Of a stretch of DNA of 64,000 bases, positions 1 to 9,727 are shown piece after piece. This stretch comes from Hyphomicrobiales bacterium. Lineage in GTDB: Bacteria; Pseudomonadota; Alphaproteobacteria; Rhizobiales; Beijerinckiaceae. The position numbers were made by a program, and so were the translations under genes. The stretch is taken from positions 68,237 through 132,236 of the forward strand of contig JAGXAN010000007.1 in the NCBI GenBank assembly GCA_019075865.1, given 5' to 3'. Numbering within the stretch: the first letter of the stretch is position 1; each line of letters opens with the position of its first letter. The notes beneath the pieces are model-generated. The model saw only the letters and a program-made list of their open reading frames with translations, made no database searches and was not told the origin of the DNA.

Positions 1-461
1 CCGTTAAAGGCGCCAAGGGTGAATTGAAGTTTACGGCGCCTGAAGAGGTGGACGTCAAGCATGAAGCGGGGGCGATCATCGTTGCACCCCGCTCGCAAAC
101 CAAGCGTTCGCGCGCCATGTGGGGAACCACCCGGGCGCGGGTGAACAATCTGGTGGTCGGGGTGACCCAGGGCTTCGAAAAGAAGCTGGAAATCACCGGT
201 GTCGGTTACAGGGCGGCTGTGGCTGGGAGCAATCTCAACCTGTCGTTGGGTTTCAGCCATGACGTTATTTTCGCAATTCCGAAGGGAATTTCGATTGTTG
301 CGGCCAAGCCAACCGAATTGACGATTAGCGGAATTGACAAACGCGAGGTCGGTCAGGTTGCCGCCGAAATTCGTGCGTTCCGCGGACCTGAACCCTATAA
401 GGGCAAGGGCGTGAAGTACGCAGGCGAATTCATCTTCCGCAAGGAAGGCAAGAAGAAGTAA
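1..461 (+). CDS. rplF: 50S ribosomal protein L6 (5'-truncated by window edge)
   Basis: The frame is open from the window edge to the stop at 459-461. The translation ([16 protein letters not shown]...ITGVGYRA...[11 protein letters not shown]) is L6-like. It is followed by rplR-rpsE-rpmD-rplO-secY in canonical spc-operon order. Confidence 0.93.
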   Translation, partial: VKGAKGELKFTAPEEVDVKHEAGAIIVAPRSQTKRSRAMWGTTRARVNNLVVGVTQGFEKKLEITGVGYRAAVAGSNLNLSLGFSHDVIFAIPKGISIVAAKPTELTISGIDKREVGQVAAEIRAFRGPEPYKGKGVKYAGEFIFRKEGKKK

Positions 462-472
462 GGATTGCGAGC

Positions 473-835
473 ATGGCCAAGAATTTGAAGGTTGGCGAGC
501 GCCGTAAGGCTCGCATTCGCCGCTCCGTCCGGGCGCATGCTTATGGACGTTTGCGTCTGTCGGTGTTTCGCTCCTCGAAGCAGATTTATGCGCAGATCAT
601 TGATGACGGCAAGGGTGAGACCCTTTGTGCAGCATCTTCGATCGAGAAGCCCAATCGTGAATCGATGAAGACCGGCGCTTCGGTTGCCGCGGCGCATGAG
701 ATTGGCAAGTTGATTGCGGCGCGGGCAATCGCCGCCGGCATCAGCGAAGTGGTGTTCGATCGCGGTGGTTATATGTATCACGGCCGCGTCAAGGCATTGG
801 CAGAGGGTGCCCGCGAGGGTGGCCTGAGCTTCTAA
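473..835 (+). CDS. rplR: 50S ribosomal protein L18
   Basis: 120-aa ORF with an L18-like sequence ([12 protein letters not shown]...[26 protein letters not shown]). It sits between L6 and S5. Confidence 0.95.
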   Translation: MAKNLKVGERRKARIRRSVRAHAYGRLRLSVFRSSKQIYAQIIDDGKGETLCAASSIEKPNRESMKTGASVAAAHEIGKLIAARAIAAGISEVVFDRGGYMYHGRVKALAEGAREGGLSF

Positions 836-889
836 TAATTCCCAGCGAGCGGGGGCATTGTGCCCTCGCGCAAGTGACGGATAGGTATT

Positions 890-1456
890 ATGGCAAGAGA
901 AGGTCAGCGCGGCGGTGATCGCCAGCGTGAAGAAAAAGACAGTGAATTCGTGGACCGTTTGGTTCACATCAACCGCGTCGCCAAGGTGGTCAAGGGCGGT
1001 AAGCGCTTTGGCTTTGCGGCGCTCGTGGTTGTGGGTGACCAAAAGGGCCGCGTTGGCTTTGGTCACGGCAAGGCACGCGAAGTGCCGGAGGCGATCCGCA
1101 AGGCAACCGAGGCCGCAAAGCGCGGCTTGATCCGGGTGCCGTTGCGCGAAGGCCGCACGCTGCATCATGACGTGAATGGCCGCCATGGTGCTGGTCGCGT
1201 GGTGATGCGGGCGGCTCCGGCCGGTACCGGCATCATCGCTGGTGGCCCGATGCGCGCCGTGTTTGAGACGCTCGGCGTCCATGACGTGGTTGCCAAATCG
1301 CAGGGTTCTTCCAATCCATATAACATGGTGCGGGCAACCTTTGACGGTTTGAAGCGCGAAGATTCACCGCGTTCGGTCGCGGCTCGACGCAATCTCAAAG
1401 TTTCGGTTCTTCAGTCACGCCGTCAGGGTGTGGATGCAGAAGCCTCAGATTCTTGA
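890..1456 (+). CDS. rpsE: 30S ribosomal protein S5
   Basis: 188 aa with an S5 core ([46 protein letters not shown]). Operon context supports the call. Confidence 0.95.
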   Translation: MAREGQRGGDRQREEKDSEFVDRLVHINRVAKVVKGGKRFGFAALVVVGDQKGRVGFGHGKAREVPEAIRKATEAAKRGLIRVPLREGRTLHHDVNGRHGAGRVVMRAAPAGTGIIAGGPMRAVFETLGVHDVVAKSQGSSNPYNMVRATFDGLKREDSPRSVAARRNLKVSVLQSRRQGVDAEASDS

Positions 1457-1467
1457 GGGTGGCAGAC

Positions 1468-1665
1468 ATGACAAAAGCAGACAAAAAGACCGTAACGGTC
1501 GAACAATTGCGCAGCCCGATCGGGCGTGAGCATTCGCAGCGCGCGACGCTCATCGGCCTTGGTTTGAACAAGCGCGGACGGTTATCCACACTGGAGGATA
1601 CATCGGCTGTGCGTGGGATGATTGCCAAAGTGGCGCATCTCATCCGTGTCGTTGACGGCCAGTGA
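1468..1665 (+). CDS. rpmD: 50S ribosomal protein L30
   Basis: L30-like sequence ([31 protein letters not shown]). I prefer ATG 1468, just after the rpsE stop at 1454-1456, over the track's TTG at 1453. Confidence 0.9.
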   Translation: MTKADKKTVTVEQLRSPIGREHSQRATLIGLGLNKRGRLSTLEDTSAVRGMIAKVAHLIRVVDGQ

Positions 1666-1678
1666 GGGGAGAGCAATC

Positions 1679-2161
1679 ATGAAACTCAATGGCATTAGTG
1701 ATAACGAAGGTTCCTCCAGGTCGCGCATGCGCGTCGGTCGCGGTATCGGTTCTGGCAAGGGCAAGACCGGTGGACGCGGCGTCAAGGGACAAAAGGCGCG
1801 CACCGGCGTGCGCGTAAAGGGTTTTGAAGGCGGCCAGATGCCATTGCATCGTCGTCTGCCCAAGCGCGGCTTCTGGAACCCCTTTGCAACCCATTACAAT
1901 GAGGTCAATATTGGCCGCATTGAAGAGGCGGTTGAAGCGGGCAAGCTGGTGGCTGGACAAAAGGTTGATATCGACGTGCTGATCAAGGCGGGCGTTTGCT
2001 CGAAGAAGCGCGACGGCGTCAAGATTTTGGGCGTTGGCGAAATCAAGACGAAACTGGCATTTGAAGTGGCTTCCGCGTCGAAAAGCGCCGTGGCTGCCAT
2101 CGAAAAGGCTGGCGGCACTGTCAAAATGCTGGTCGTGGCACCAGAAGCTGCGCAGGCGTAA
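1679..2161 (+). CDS. rplO: 50S ribosomal protein L15
   Basis: The track ORF starts at 1622, inside rpmD. The conserved L15 N-terminus (MKLN...[26 protein letters not shown]) begins at ATG 1679. Confidence 0.93.
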   Translation: MKLNGISDNEGSSRSRMRVGRGIGSGKGKTGGRGVKGQKARTGVRVKGFEGGQMPLHRRLPKRGFWNPFATHYNEVNIGRIEEAVEAGKLVAGQKVDIDVLIKAGVCSKKRDGVKILGVGEIKTKLAFEVASASKSAVAAIEKAGGTVKMLVVAPEAAQA

Positions 2162-2201
2162 GCCTTTGCCGGTGTAAATTTGGCATGGATGGCTATATTA
2201 G

Positions 2202-2240
2202 CGGGGCGAATGGGTTGTTGGCCTTTTCGCCCCGTTTTCT
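2202..2240 (+). terminator. Intrinsic-terminator-like hairpin (possible attenuator) between rplO and secY
   Basis: CGGGGCGAA (2202-2210) pairs with TTCGCCCCG (2226-2234) across a 15-nt loop. TTTTCTT follows directly. The element lies inside the spc operon. Confidence 0.5.
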
Positions 2241-2292
2241 TGTGAACCTATTCTCTTAAACTCAAGCCAGAAATGGCCCCCGGAGCGCGTCG

Positions 2293-3630
2293 ATGGCATC
2301 AGCAGCGGAACAATTGGCGGCGAATATCAATTTTGCAAATTTCAGCAAGGCGACGGAGCTGAAAAAGCGGATTTGGTTTACACTCGGCGCCCTGTTTATC
2401 TTTCGTCTTGGCACCTATGTGCCACTTCCGGGCATTGACCCGTCCCTGTTTGAGCAGAAGTTTCTTGGCAACAGTCAGGGCATGCTTGAATTATTCAATT
2501 CATTTTCGGGCGGCGCTGTTCAGCGCAGTTCCATCTTCATGCTGGGCATCGTCCCCTATATTTCGGCGTCGATCATCGTGCAGTTGGTGACGCCGCTGTT
2601 TCCGGCGCTGGAAGCACTGAAGAAGGAAGGCGACAGCGGTCGCAAACTGATCAATCAATATACCCGCTATCTCACAGTTTTGCTGGGGGCGGGCCAGGCC
2701 TATGGCATTGCCGCCGGCTTACAGGCGAGCAGCGACCATTTCGTGATCAACCCTGGCATGGCATTCATCGTTTCGGCGGTGCTGACGCTTGTGGGCGGTA
2801 CGGTGTTCCTGATGTGGTTGGGTGAACAGATCACCGCACGCGGCATAGGCAATGGTTCGTCCCTGATCATCTTTGCCGGTATCATCTCCGGCATTCCGGG
2901 TGCGATCGTCAATACGCTGCGAGGGGCGAGTTCCTTTTCCCTGTCGCCGGCTGTGGTATTTATCATTCCGGTGATGGTCATGGCTGTGGTGGCGTTTATC
3001 GTGTTTGTCGAGCGGGCGCAGCGGCGCTTGCTCATCACCTATCCCAAGCGTCAGGTGGGAAATCGGGTTTCGGAGCAACAAACCTCGTTTCTGCCGCTGA
3101 AGCTGAATACATCGGGTGTCATTCCGCCTATCTTCGCTTCGTCTTTGTTGCTGCTACCTACCACCATTGCGCGGTTTGTCAGTGGCGGCGGCACCACCGG
3201 CATTCTGGGCACCATCAATGCCTATATGGGGCAGGGCAGTTTTGTCTATCTCACGCTCTATGTGTTGCTGATCGTGTTTTTTGCCTTTTATTATACGGCG
3301 CAGGTGTTCAACCCGGTTGAGACCGCCGACAACCTGAAAAAGCACGGCGGCTTCATTCCAGGGGTTCGTCCTGGCGAGCGCACCGCGCAATTGATCGACA
3401 AGGTTTTGACCCGCATCACCGTGCTGGGGGCCATCTACCTGTCCATCATATGTCTATTGCCACAATTGCTGATATCCAAATTGAATCTGCCGTTCTACTT
3501 TGGCGGGACATCCTTGTTGATTGTTGTGAGCGTGACCATGGATACTGTCGCGCAAATCCACGGACATCTGCAGGCCCAGCAATATGAAGGCCTGATCAAA
3601 AAAGCAAAATTAAAGGGGCGGAAGAAATGA
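2293..3630 (+). CDS. secY: Preprotein translocase subunit SecY
   Basis: 445-aa polytopic membrane protein with SecY-like stretches ([44 protein letters not shown]). It sits after rplO. Confidence 0.97.
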   Translation: MASAAEQLAANINFANFSKATELKKRIWFTLGALFIFRLGTYVPLPGIDPSLFEQKFLGNSQGMLELFNSFSGGAVQRSSIFMLGIVPYISASIIVQLVTPLFPALEALKKEGDSGRKLINQYTRYLTVLLGAGQAYGIAAGLQASSDHFVINPGMAFIVSAVLTLVGGTVFLMWLGEQITARGIGNGSSLIIFAGIISGIPGAIVNTLRGASSFSLSPAVVFIIPVMVMAVVAFIVFVERAQRRLLITYPKRQVGNRVSEQQTSFLPLKLNTSGVIPPIFASSLLLLPTTIARFVSGGGTTGILGTINAYMGQGSFVYLTLYVLLIVFFAFYYTAQVFNPVETADNLKKHGGFIPGVRPGERTAQLIDKVLTRITVLGAIYLSIICLLPQLLISKLNLPFYFGGTSLLIVVSVTMDTVAQIHGHLQAQQYEGLIKKAKLKGRKK

Positions 3631-4208
3631 GACTGATTTTGTTGGGACCGCCGGGGGCGGGCAAAGGGACCCAATCAAAGCGTATAATGGACAAATATCA
3701 AATTCCGCAGCTTTCCACTGGTGACATGCTGCGCGCGGCGGTGCAGGCGCGCACTGCCATTGGCCTGCAGGCCAAGGCTGTCATGGACGCAGGTGCCCTG
3801 GTTTCGGATGAAATCGTGGTCGGTATAGTGGGTGAGCGGATTGATGCAGAAGATGCCAAGCGCGGCTTCATCCTGGATGGTTTTCCGCGCACTGTGGCGC
3901 AGGCCGAGGCACTCGACGCCATGTTGGCAAACAAGAAATTGCAACTGGATGCAATCATCGAGTTGAAGGTGGATGAAAAGGCGCTGCTTTCACGCATTGA
4001 GAAGCGTGTGGAAGAAACCCTGGCCGCTGGCGGCCAGGTTCGCGCCGACGACAATGCGGAATCGTTCAAAATCCGGTTGGATGCGTATCGCGTGCAGACG
4101 GCACCGGTTTCGGATTATTATGCCAAGCGTGGTGTGCTCAAGCAGGTGAACGGCATGATGTCACCTGAGGCAGTGACGGCAGCCATCGACGGCGTATTGG
4201 CCGCGTAA
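3627..4208 (+). CDS. adk: Adenylate kinase
   Basis: 193 aa with P-loop [10 protein letters not shown] and the DGFPRT motif. An ATGA overlap joins it to the secY stop. Confidence 0.96.
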   Translation: MRLILLGPPGAGKGTQSKRIMDKYQIPQLSTGDMLRAAVQARTAIGLQAKAVMDAGALVSDEIVVGIVGERIDAEDAKRGFILDGFPRTVAQAEALDAMLANKKLQLDAIIELKVDEKALLSRIEKRVEETLAAGGQVRADDNAESFKIRLDAYRVQTAPVSDYYAKRGVLKQVNGMMSPEAVTAAIDGVLAA

Positions 4209-4233
4209 TAATTTGGCAGGCTGCTTTTTGGTG

Positions 4234-4262
4234 CTTGACGAATGGCTATTTTGCGTCTAGCG
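4234..4262 (+). promoter_or_regulatory. Candidate sigma70-type promoter of the rpsM (alpha) operon
   Basis: CTTGAC (4234-4239), a 17-nt spacer, then CTAGCG (4257-4262), about 160 nt upstream of rpsM. The -10 element is weak, so this is a sequence-only guess. Confidence 0.25.
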
Positions 4263-4288
4263 ACAGAGTATCCGTTCATAGCGACAGA
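4258..4288 (+). repeat. 10-nt direct repeat TAGCGACAGA, two copies with starts 21 nt apart
   Basis: Exact copies at 4258-4267 and 4279-4288 in the adk-rpsM spacer. Confidence 0.8.
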
Positions 4289-4366
4289 TCGCTGCCCTTT
4301 GGGCAGTGTGTGAATTTGCGTTCACAAGGGCCGGTCTCCACCGGACGTGAATGCAAGGGCTTTGCC

Positions 4367-4405
4367 CGCAATCAATGCCTTAGGGCGCAATCAACTGCCT
4401 CAGGG
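4367..4405 (+). repeat. Imperfect tandem repeat (19 + 20 nt) in the rpsM 5' leader
   Basis: CGCAATCAATGCCTTAGGG (4367-4385) is followed directly by CGCAATCAACTGCCTCAGGG (4386-4405). They differ by one substitution and one indel. The repeat ends 5 nt before the GGAGAAG SD of rpsM. Confidence 0.8.
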
Positions 4406-4421
4406 CAAATGGAGAAGTAGA

Positions 4422-4790
4422 ATGGCACGTATAGCAGGCGTAAATATTCCGACAGGCAAGCGCGTGGTTATTGCCTTGCAATATATCCACGGCATTGGCC
4501 CGAAAAAGGCCGAAGAGATTTGCGAGAAGGTCAAGATCCCGGCTGACCGCCGCGTTGCGCAATTGACCGACGCCGAAGTGCTTCAGATTCGCGAGACCAT
4601 CGACCGTGATTACATGGTGGAAGGCGATTTGCGCCGCGAAGTTGCCATTAACATCAAGCGACTGATGGATCTGGGTTGCTATCGCGGCCTGCGTCATCGT
4701 CGTCAGTTGCCGGTTCGCGGCCAGCGCACCCATACCAATGCGCGCACCCGCAAGGGCAAGTCCAAGGCGATTGCCGGCAAGAAGAAGTAA
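4422..4790 (+). CDS. rpsM: 30S ribosomal protein S13
   Basis: The conserved N-terminus [10 protein letters not shown] starts at ATG 4422 and is preceded by GGAGAAG. The track ORF extends upstream artefactually. Confidence 0.95.
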   Translation: MARIAGVNIPTGKRVVIALQYIHGIGPKKAEEICEKVKIPADRRVAQLTDAEVLQIRETIDRDYMVEGDLRREVAINIKRLMDLGCYRGLRHRRQLPVRGQRTHTNARTRKGKSKAIAGKKK

Positions 4791-4871
4791 TTTCATTTCG
4801 CGCGCAAAATGGTTTGCGTGCGTAGCCCTAGCGCCTGGCATTACGGGCGCGTTTGAAGGAATGTTGCATAA

Positions 4872-5261
4872 ATGGCAAAAGAAGCAGGCCGCGTTCGCCG
4901 TCGTGAGCGCAAGAACATCGTTTCGGGCGTTGCCCATGTAAACTCGACGTTCAACAACACCATGATCACGATTACCGATGCGCAGGGGAACACGATTTCC
5001 TGGTCCTCGGCTGGAACCATGGGTTTCAAGGGCTCGCGCAAGTCGACCCCCTATGCCGCGCAGATGGCAGCCGAAGACGCTGCCCGCAAGGCTTCGGAGC
5101 ATGGTATGCGCTCTTTGGAAGTGGAAGTGTGCGGACCAGGTTCGGGCCGTGAATCAGCGCTCCGCGCCCTGCAGGCCGCCGGGTTTACCGTTAGCTCGAT
5201 CCGCGATGTCACGCCGATCCCGCACAATGGTTGCCGCCCGCGCAAGCGTCGGCGCGTTTAG
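4872..5261 (+). CDS. rpsK: 30S ribosomal protein S11
   Basis: 129 aa with an S11-like sequence ([22 protein letters not shown]...[14 protein letters not shown]). Confidence 0.95.
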   Translation: MAKEAGRVRRRERKNIVSGVAHVNSTFNNTMITITDAQGNTISWSSAGTMGFKGSRKSTPYAAQMAAEDAARKASEHGMRSLEVEVCGPGSGRESALRALQAAGFTVSSIRDVTPIPHNGCRPRKRRRV

Positions 5262-5333
5262 TATATCCATCCCGATTTTCCGACTGGGGCGCGGCCATAT
5301 CGGCCGCGTTGCCCGCATCAGAAAGGTGCCGTC

Positions 5334-6353
5334 GTGATTCAGAAGAACTGGCAAGAACTGATTAAACCAAACAAGTTGCAGATTGCTGTTGGGGATGATC
5401 CCAAGCGCATAGCAACGGCTGTAGCGGAACCTTTGGAGCGCGGTTTTGGCGTGACCCTTGGCAATTCGCTGCGTCGTATCCTGCTGTCCTCGCTGCAAGG
5501 GGCGGCCATCACTGCCGTGCAGATTGACGGCGTGCTGCATGAGTTCTCTTCGATCCCGGGCGTGCGCGAGGATCTGACCGATATTGTCATGAATATCAAG
5601 GACATTGCCGTGAAAATGCAGGGCGAAGGCCCGAAGCGCATGGTCATCAAGAAGTCCGGCCCCGGCGTTGTTTATGCTGGCGATATTGCGGTTACGGGCG
5701 ATGTGGTCATCCTCAACCCGAAGCTGGTGATTTGCACCCTCGACGAAGGCGCGGAAATCCGTATGGAATTCACCGTCAACACCGGAAAAGGTTACGTGCC
5801 GGCTGATCGCAACCGCGCCGAAGACGCACCGATTGGCTTAATTCCGGTTGACGCGCTTTATTCGCCGGTTCGCAAGGTGAGCTACCGTGTGGAAAACACC
5901 CGCGAAGGTCAGGTGCTTGATTATGACAAGCTGACCATGACGGTTGAAACCAACGGCGCATTGTCGCCGGAAGATGCGATTGCCTATGCCGCGCGCATCA
6001 TGCAGGACCAGTTGAACGTGTTCGTCAATTTCGACGAACCGCGCCGCGAAGAAGCGGCACCGACCCTGCCAACGCTGCCGTTCATCAACCCGGCATTGTT
6101 GAAAAAGGTCGACGAGCTGGAGCTTTCGGTGCGCTCTGCCAACTGCCTGAAGAACGACAATATCGTGTATATTGGCGATCTCATTCAGAAGTCGGAAGGC
6201 GAAATGCTGCGCACGCCGAATTTCGGCCGCAAGTCGCTCAATGAAATCAAGGAAGTGTTGGCCCAGATGGGTCTGCACCTGGGAATGGACGTCACGGGTT
6301 GGCCGCCTGAGAATGTCGACGAATTGGCCAAGCGCTTCGAAGAACACTTCTAG
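5334..6353 (+). CDS. rpoA: DNA-directed RNA polymerase subunit alpha
   Basis: 339 aa with a GTG start. It has an alpha-NTD ([17 protein letters not shown]) and an alpha-CTD ([23 protein letters not shown]...[18 protein letters not shown]). Confidence 0.97.
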   Translation: MIQKNWQELIKPNKLQIAVGDDPKRIATAVAEPLERGFGVTLGNSLRRILLSSLQGAAITAVQIDGVLHEFSSIPGVREDLTDIVMNIKDIAVKMQGEGPKRMVIKKSGPGVVYAGDIAVTGDVVILNPKLVICTLDEGAEIRMEFTVNTGKGYVPADRNRAEDAPIGLIPVDALYSPVRKVSYRVENTREGQVLDYDKLTMTVETNGALSPEDAIAYAARIMQDQLNVFVNFDEPRREEAAPTLPTLPFINPALLKKVDELELSVRSANCLKNDNIVYIGDLIQKSEGEMLRTPNFGRKSLNEIKEVLAQMGLHLGMDVTGWPPENVDELAKRFEEHF

Positions 6354-6412
6354 GCGTCGTATAGACGCAGCCGTACCGTGGCACGGCGGCTGCATAATCA
6401 AGGAGTATCGCC

Positions 6413-6820
6413 ATGTATCACGGTCGCGCAAAGCGCCGCTTTAATCGGACGGCTGAACATCGCAAGGCGATGTTTGCCAATATGTCGCAAGCGCTCATCA
6501 AGCATGAGCAGATTGTCACCACTTTGCCCAAGGCCAAGGATTTGCGTCCGGTCGTGGAAAAGCTGGTAACGCTCGGCAAGCGCGGCGATCTGCATGCCCG
6601 CCGTCAAGCCATCGCCCAGATCAAGGACGTGTTGCTCGTCAAGAAATTGTTCGACGTGCTCGGCCCGCGCTACAAAGAGCGCAATGGCGGGTATTGCCGC
6701 GTTCTGAAGGCAGGCTTCCGCAAGGGTGACAATGCTGCCATGGCGGTGATCGAGTTTGTGGATCGCGATGTTGAGGCACGCGGCAAGGATTCGGGCGTGG
6801 TTGAAGAAGCCGCAGCTTGA
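6413..6820 (+). CDS. rplQ: 50S ribosomal protein L17
   Basis: 135 aa with an L17-like sequence ([44 protein letters not shown]). It is the last gene of the alpha operon. Confidence 0.95.
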   Translation: MYHGRAKRRFNRTAEHRKAMFANMSQALIKHEQIVTTLPKAKDLRPVVEKLVTLGKRGDLHARRQAIAQIKDVLLVKKLFDVLGPRYKERNGGYCRVLKAGFRKGDNAAMAVIEFVDRDVEARGKDSGVVEEAAA

Positions 6821-6844
6821 TTCTGGCATCCAGACAAGAGTTTC

Positions 6845-6872
6845 AAAGGGCGGCCTTCGGGTCGCCCTTTTT
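6845..6872 (+). terminator. Rho-independent terminator of the alpha operon
   Basis: About 11-bp stem (AAAGGGCGGCC / GGGTCGCCCTTT) closed by a TTCG tetraloop, followed by a T-run. It lies 25 nt after the rplQ stop. Confidence 0.8.
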
Positions 6873-6887
6873 GTTATGGCCTGCGCC

Positions 6888-7373
6888 CTAAAGGGCGGCC
6901 AGTATCTGTAGGGCCGTGGTGATGGCAGCTTCGCGCACTTGCGCGCGTCCAACCTCGCCGAACCGGTGCTTTTGGACGCCAACCGGCGCATTGCGCGTGG
7001 CAATGCCAAAATATACGAGCCCAACCGGTTTGTCGGCGGTGCCGCCGCCGGGGCCGGCAATGCCGGTGATGGCAAGGCCAATGTCGGCGTGCGAATGGTG
7101 CAATGCGCCTTGCGCCATGGCGGCTGCCACATTGGCGCTAACGGCGCCGTGGGCGAGGATCAGGTCCGGGTCAACGCCGAGCAATTCGACTTTGGCTTCA
7201 TTGGAATAAGTAACAAAGCCACGCTCCAGCACTTTGGACGAGCCGGCAATGGAAGTCAGCAATCCGCTGAGCAGTCCACCCGTGCAGGATTCCGCTACAA
7301 CGATCTTCTTGCCTTGCGCCATGCAGCGCAAGATGAGTTCTTGGGCTGCCGTATCGAGTTCGGATGAAAACAT
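6888..7373 (-). CDS. pncC: CinA C-terminal-domain protein / nicotinamide-nucleotide amidohydrolase PncC-like
   Basis: 161 aa with CinA-C hallmarks (AESCTGGLL...YSNEAK...LG...GAVS...AITGIAGPGGG). It lies 9 nt downstream of ispDF on the same strand. Confidence 0.8.
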   Translation of the reverse strand: MFSSELDTAAQELILRCMAQGKKIVVAESCTGGLLSGLLTSIAGSSKVLERGFVTYSNEAKVELLGVDPDLILAHGAVSANVAAAMAQGALHHSHADIGLAITGIAGPGGGTADKPVGLVYFGIATRNAPVGVQKHRFGEVGRAQVREAAITTALQILAAL

Positions 7374-7382
7374 GATACCTCC

Positions 7383-8609
7383 TCAGGCGGGCAAGCGCAG
7401 GGTGACCAGCGCCATGGCCGCAATGCCCTCACCACGACCGGTGAAACCCAGCCGCTCGGAGGTCGTGGCCTTGACCGCGACACGATCCAGATTGAGGCCG
7501 GTAATGGCCGCAATCGATTGACGGATCGCCTCGCGATGCGGGCCAACTTTGGGATGTTCGCAAATCAGGGTGGCATCAATATGAACGACGCGGCCGCGCC
7601 GCGCCGCGACACGTTGCATCGCGTCCTCCAGAAACAGCGATGAGGCAGCCCCCCGCCATTTCGGATCGGAGGGCGGGAAGTGGGCCCCAATATCGCCATC
7701 CGCCAGCGCACCCAGAATGGCGTCAGTGATGGCGTGCAGCAGCACATCGGCGTCTGAATGGCCAATGAGGCCCTGGGCATGGGGAATGCTGACACCGCCC
7801 AGCCAGACCTGATTGCCTGGCCCAAATGCGTGCACGTCAAAGCCTTGCCCGGTGCGAATATCTGGCAGGTCCGCCAACAGATCTGCATTGGCCCGCGCCA
7901 AATCTTCCTGCATGGTAATTTTCCTGTTTTGCGCCTCGCCCTGAAATATCGTGACTTTATGCCCGGCGAAGCTGGCGACGGAAGCATCGTCGGTGAGCGT
8001 TATGCGACCAGCGGCGCGCGCTGCCAGATGGGCCTCGAGAATCAAATGGTAACGGAACGCCTGAGGGGTTTGCACCGAATAGAGATGGTCGCGCTCCAGC
8101 GTTTCAACAATCTGCTGAAGGGCGTCCGTTTTCTGGATGGTATCGGTGATGCTGAGCCCCGGAATGGCCGCCCCGAAGGTTTGCGCGGCTTCTACCGCCG
8201 CTGCCAGCAGCTTGGCGGATACAAACGGTCGAACGCCGTCGTGGATCAGCACAATGTCAGGGGGATCGTCCTGCAAGGCTTGCAAGCCGGCGAGCACGGA
8301 AGCTTGACGGGTCGCGCCGCCGATCACGGGGGGCAAAAGGCGCAGGCCAAGGGCTGCCGTGTCGGCGTGGTATTGGGCTTTATCGTCGGCGTGGATGACG
8401 CAGGCGATCCGCGCTTGCGGCAAGCCCCCAGTGCAGGCCAGCAACGTCGCCTGCAAGATGCTTTTTGCGCCCAAGTTGTGGAATTGCTTGGGGACATGCG
8501 AGCCAAAGCGGGTGCCGCGCCCGGCGGCAACAACCAGCACCGCGACTTTGGGGGCGGGGTGGGAGGAAGCAGGGGATAGGGAAGCAATTGCAGTCATGCC
8601 CTGTTTCAC
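7383..8609 (-). CDS. ispDF: Bifunctional MEP cytidylyltransferase / MEcPP synthase (IspD-IspF fusion)
   Basis: The N-terminal IspD part has VLVVAAGRGTRFG. The C-terminal IspF part has GQGFDVHAF...GHSDADVLLHA...CEHPKV. This fusion is typical of Alphaproteobacteria. Confidence 0.93.
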   Translation of the reverse strand: MKQGMTAIASLSPASSHPAPKVAVLVVAAGRGTRFGSHVPKQFHNLGAKSILQATLLACTGGLPQARIACVIHADDKAQYHADTAALGLRLLPPVIGGATRQASVLAGLQALQDDPPDIVLIHDGVRPFVSAKLLAAAVEAAQTFGAAIPGLSITDTIQKTDALQQIVETLERDHLYSVQTPQAFRYHLILEAHLAARAAGRITLTDDASVASFAGHKVTIFQGEAQNRKITMQEDLARANADLLADLPDIRTGQGFDVHAFGPGNQVWLGGVSIPHAQGLIGHSDADVLLHAITDAILGALADGDIGAHFPPSDPKWRGAASSLFLEDAMQRVAARRGRVVHIDATLICEHPKVGPHREAIRQSIAAITGLNLDRVAVKATTSERLGFTGRGEGIAAMALVTLRLPA

Positions 8610-8680
8610 CCCAGTTTGGCGCGCGCGTCAAATCCGACGGCTGGATTTACGAATGCGCAAAAAATGGCTATTCTAAATGC

Positions 8681-9727
8681 ATGTTGGATATTGCACAAAA
8701 AATAGGCGATTTGCCCGATTTCGGGCAAGTGCTGCATGTTGGATCGCTGCCGATTGTCGGCCGGGTGTTTCTAGCCCCGATGTCGGGCATCACGGATGTG
8801 ACCTTTCGGCGGATTGCGCGCCGGTTCGGGGCGGCCATGGTCGTCTCCGAAATGGTTGCCTGTGACGATTACGCGCAAGGGGAGCGTGAGGCGGTTTTGC
8901 GGGCGCAGGGGCAGGGCGTGGCGCCGCATGTGGTGCAATTGGCCGGATGCTCGCCGCATTGGATGGGGCAGGCCGCGCGCCTTGCTGAACAATCCGGGGC
9001 GGCGTTGATTGATATTAACATGGGCTGTCCGGCCAAACGTGTGACCGGCGGCTATGCCGGATCGGCGCTGATGCGCGATCTTGGCGTGGCGCGGGCACTG
9101 ATCGAGGCGACGGTGCAGGCGGTTCGCGTGCCAGTATCGGTCAAGATGCGGCTGGGTTGGGACCACGACAGCCTGAATGCGGCAGAGCTTGCCCATATCG
9201 CTGAAGATCTGGGTGTTGCCATGGTGAGCGTGCACGGACGCACCCGCCAGCAGTTTTACAAAGGCTCGGCGGATTGGACGGCCATCCGTGCCGTACGCGA
9301 CGCCGTGCGGATACCGGTGGTTGCCAATGGTGATTGCCGCTCGCTCGATGATTGCCACGCCATGTTGCGCCAGTCCGGGGCGGATGCGATCATGGTCGGG
9401 CGGGCGGCGCTGGGCCAGCCGTGGCTGGTGGGAGGTTTGTCGCGGGCGCTGGCGCGGGCAGAGCCTGTACAAATACCATCGCGACCGACCCGAATGGCCG
9501 CTGCAATCGAGCATTTGCAAGGTCTTTGCAGTGATTTTGGCGCTTTGGCGGGGCTGCGCCATGCCCGCAAACATTTGAATGCTTATGCCTCAATGGCCGG
9601 TGCGCCGGAAGCGTTGCGCCTCGCTCTGGTGACGACGGAGGATGTTTCGCGGGCCATTGCCGGCTTGCGCGAGATTTTTGGCATGGAGCCTGTGCATACC
9701 CATGAACATGAGGTTGAATTTGCCTGA
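8681..9727 (+). CDS. dusB: tRNA-dihydrouridine synthase B (NifR3 family)
   Basis: Dus motifs are present ([31 protein letters not shown]). I chose ATG 8681 because the track start at 8465 would overlap the divergent ispDF. This is the first gene of the classic dusB-ntrBC-ntrYX cluster. Confidence 0.9.
   Translation: MLDIAQKIGDLPDFGQVLHVGSLPIVGRVFLAPMSGITDVTFRRIARRFGAAMVVSEMVACDDYAQGEREAVLRAQGQGVAPHVVQLAGCSPHWMGQAARLAEQSGAALIDINMGCPAKRVTGGYAGSALMRDLGVARALIEATVQAVRVPVSVKMRLGWDHDSLNAAELAHIAEDLGVAMVSVHGRTRQQFYKGSADWTAIRAVRDAVRIPVVANGDCRSLDDCHAMLRQSGADAIMVGRAALGQPWLVGGLSRALARAEPVQIPSRPTRMAAAIEHLQGLCSDFGALAGLRHARKHLNAYASMAGAPEALRLALVTTEDVSRAIAGLREIFGMEPVHTHEHEVEFA

Noticed and set aside
1582-1590. 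Perfect DnaA-box consensus TTATCCACA.
   Set aside because: It is a single isolated copy inside the rpmD coding sequence. There is no cluster, no AT-rich unwinding element and no origin-type neighbourhood.
4235-4420. 61-aa ORF in the adk-rpsM spacer, checked as a possible rpmJ (L36) or infA remnant.
   Set aside because: The translation (MTNGYFASSDRVSVHSDRS…) bears no resemblance to L36 or IF1 and there is no SD. The region is better explained as a structured leader.
8465-8680. N-terminal extensions in the ORF track. Examples are dusB from 8465, rplO from 1622, rpsM from 4347, guaB from 18117, trmFO to 35198, pdxA to 55276, surA to 56183 and pepA from 61038.
   Set aside because: The extensions overlap neighbouring genes or lack conservation. 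The conserved family N-termini and SD sequences begin at the internal starts used in the feature list.
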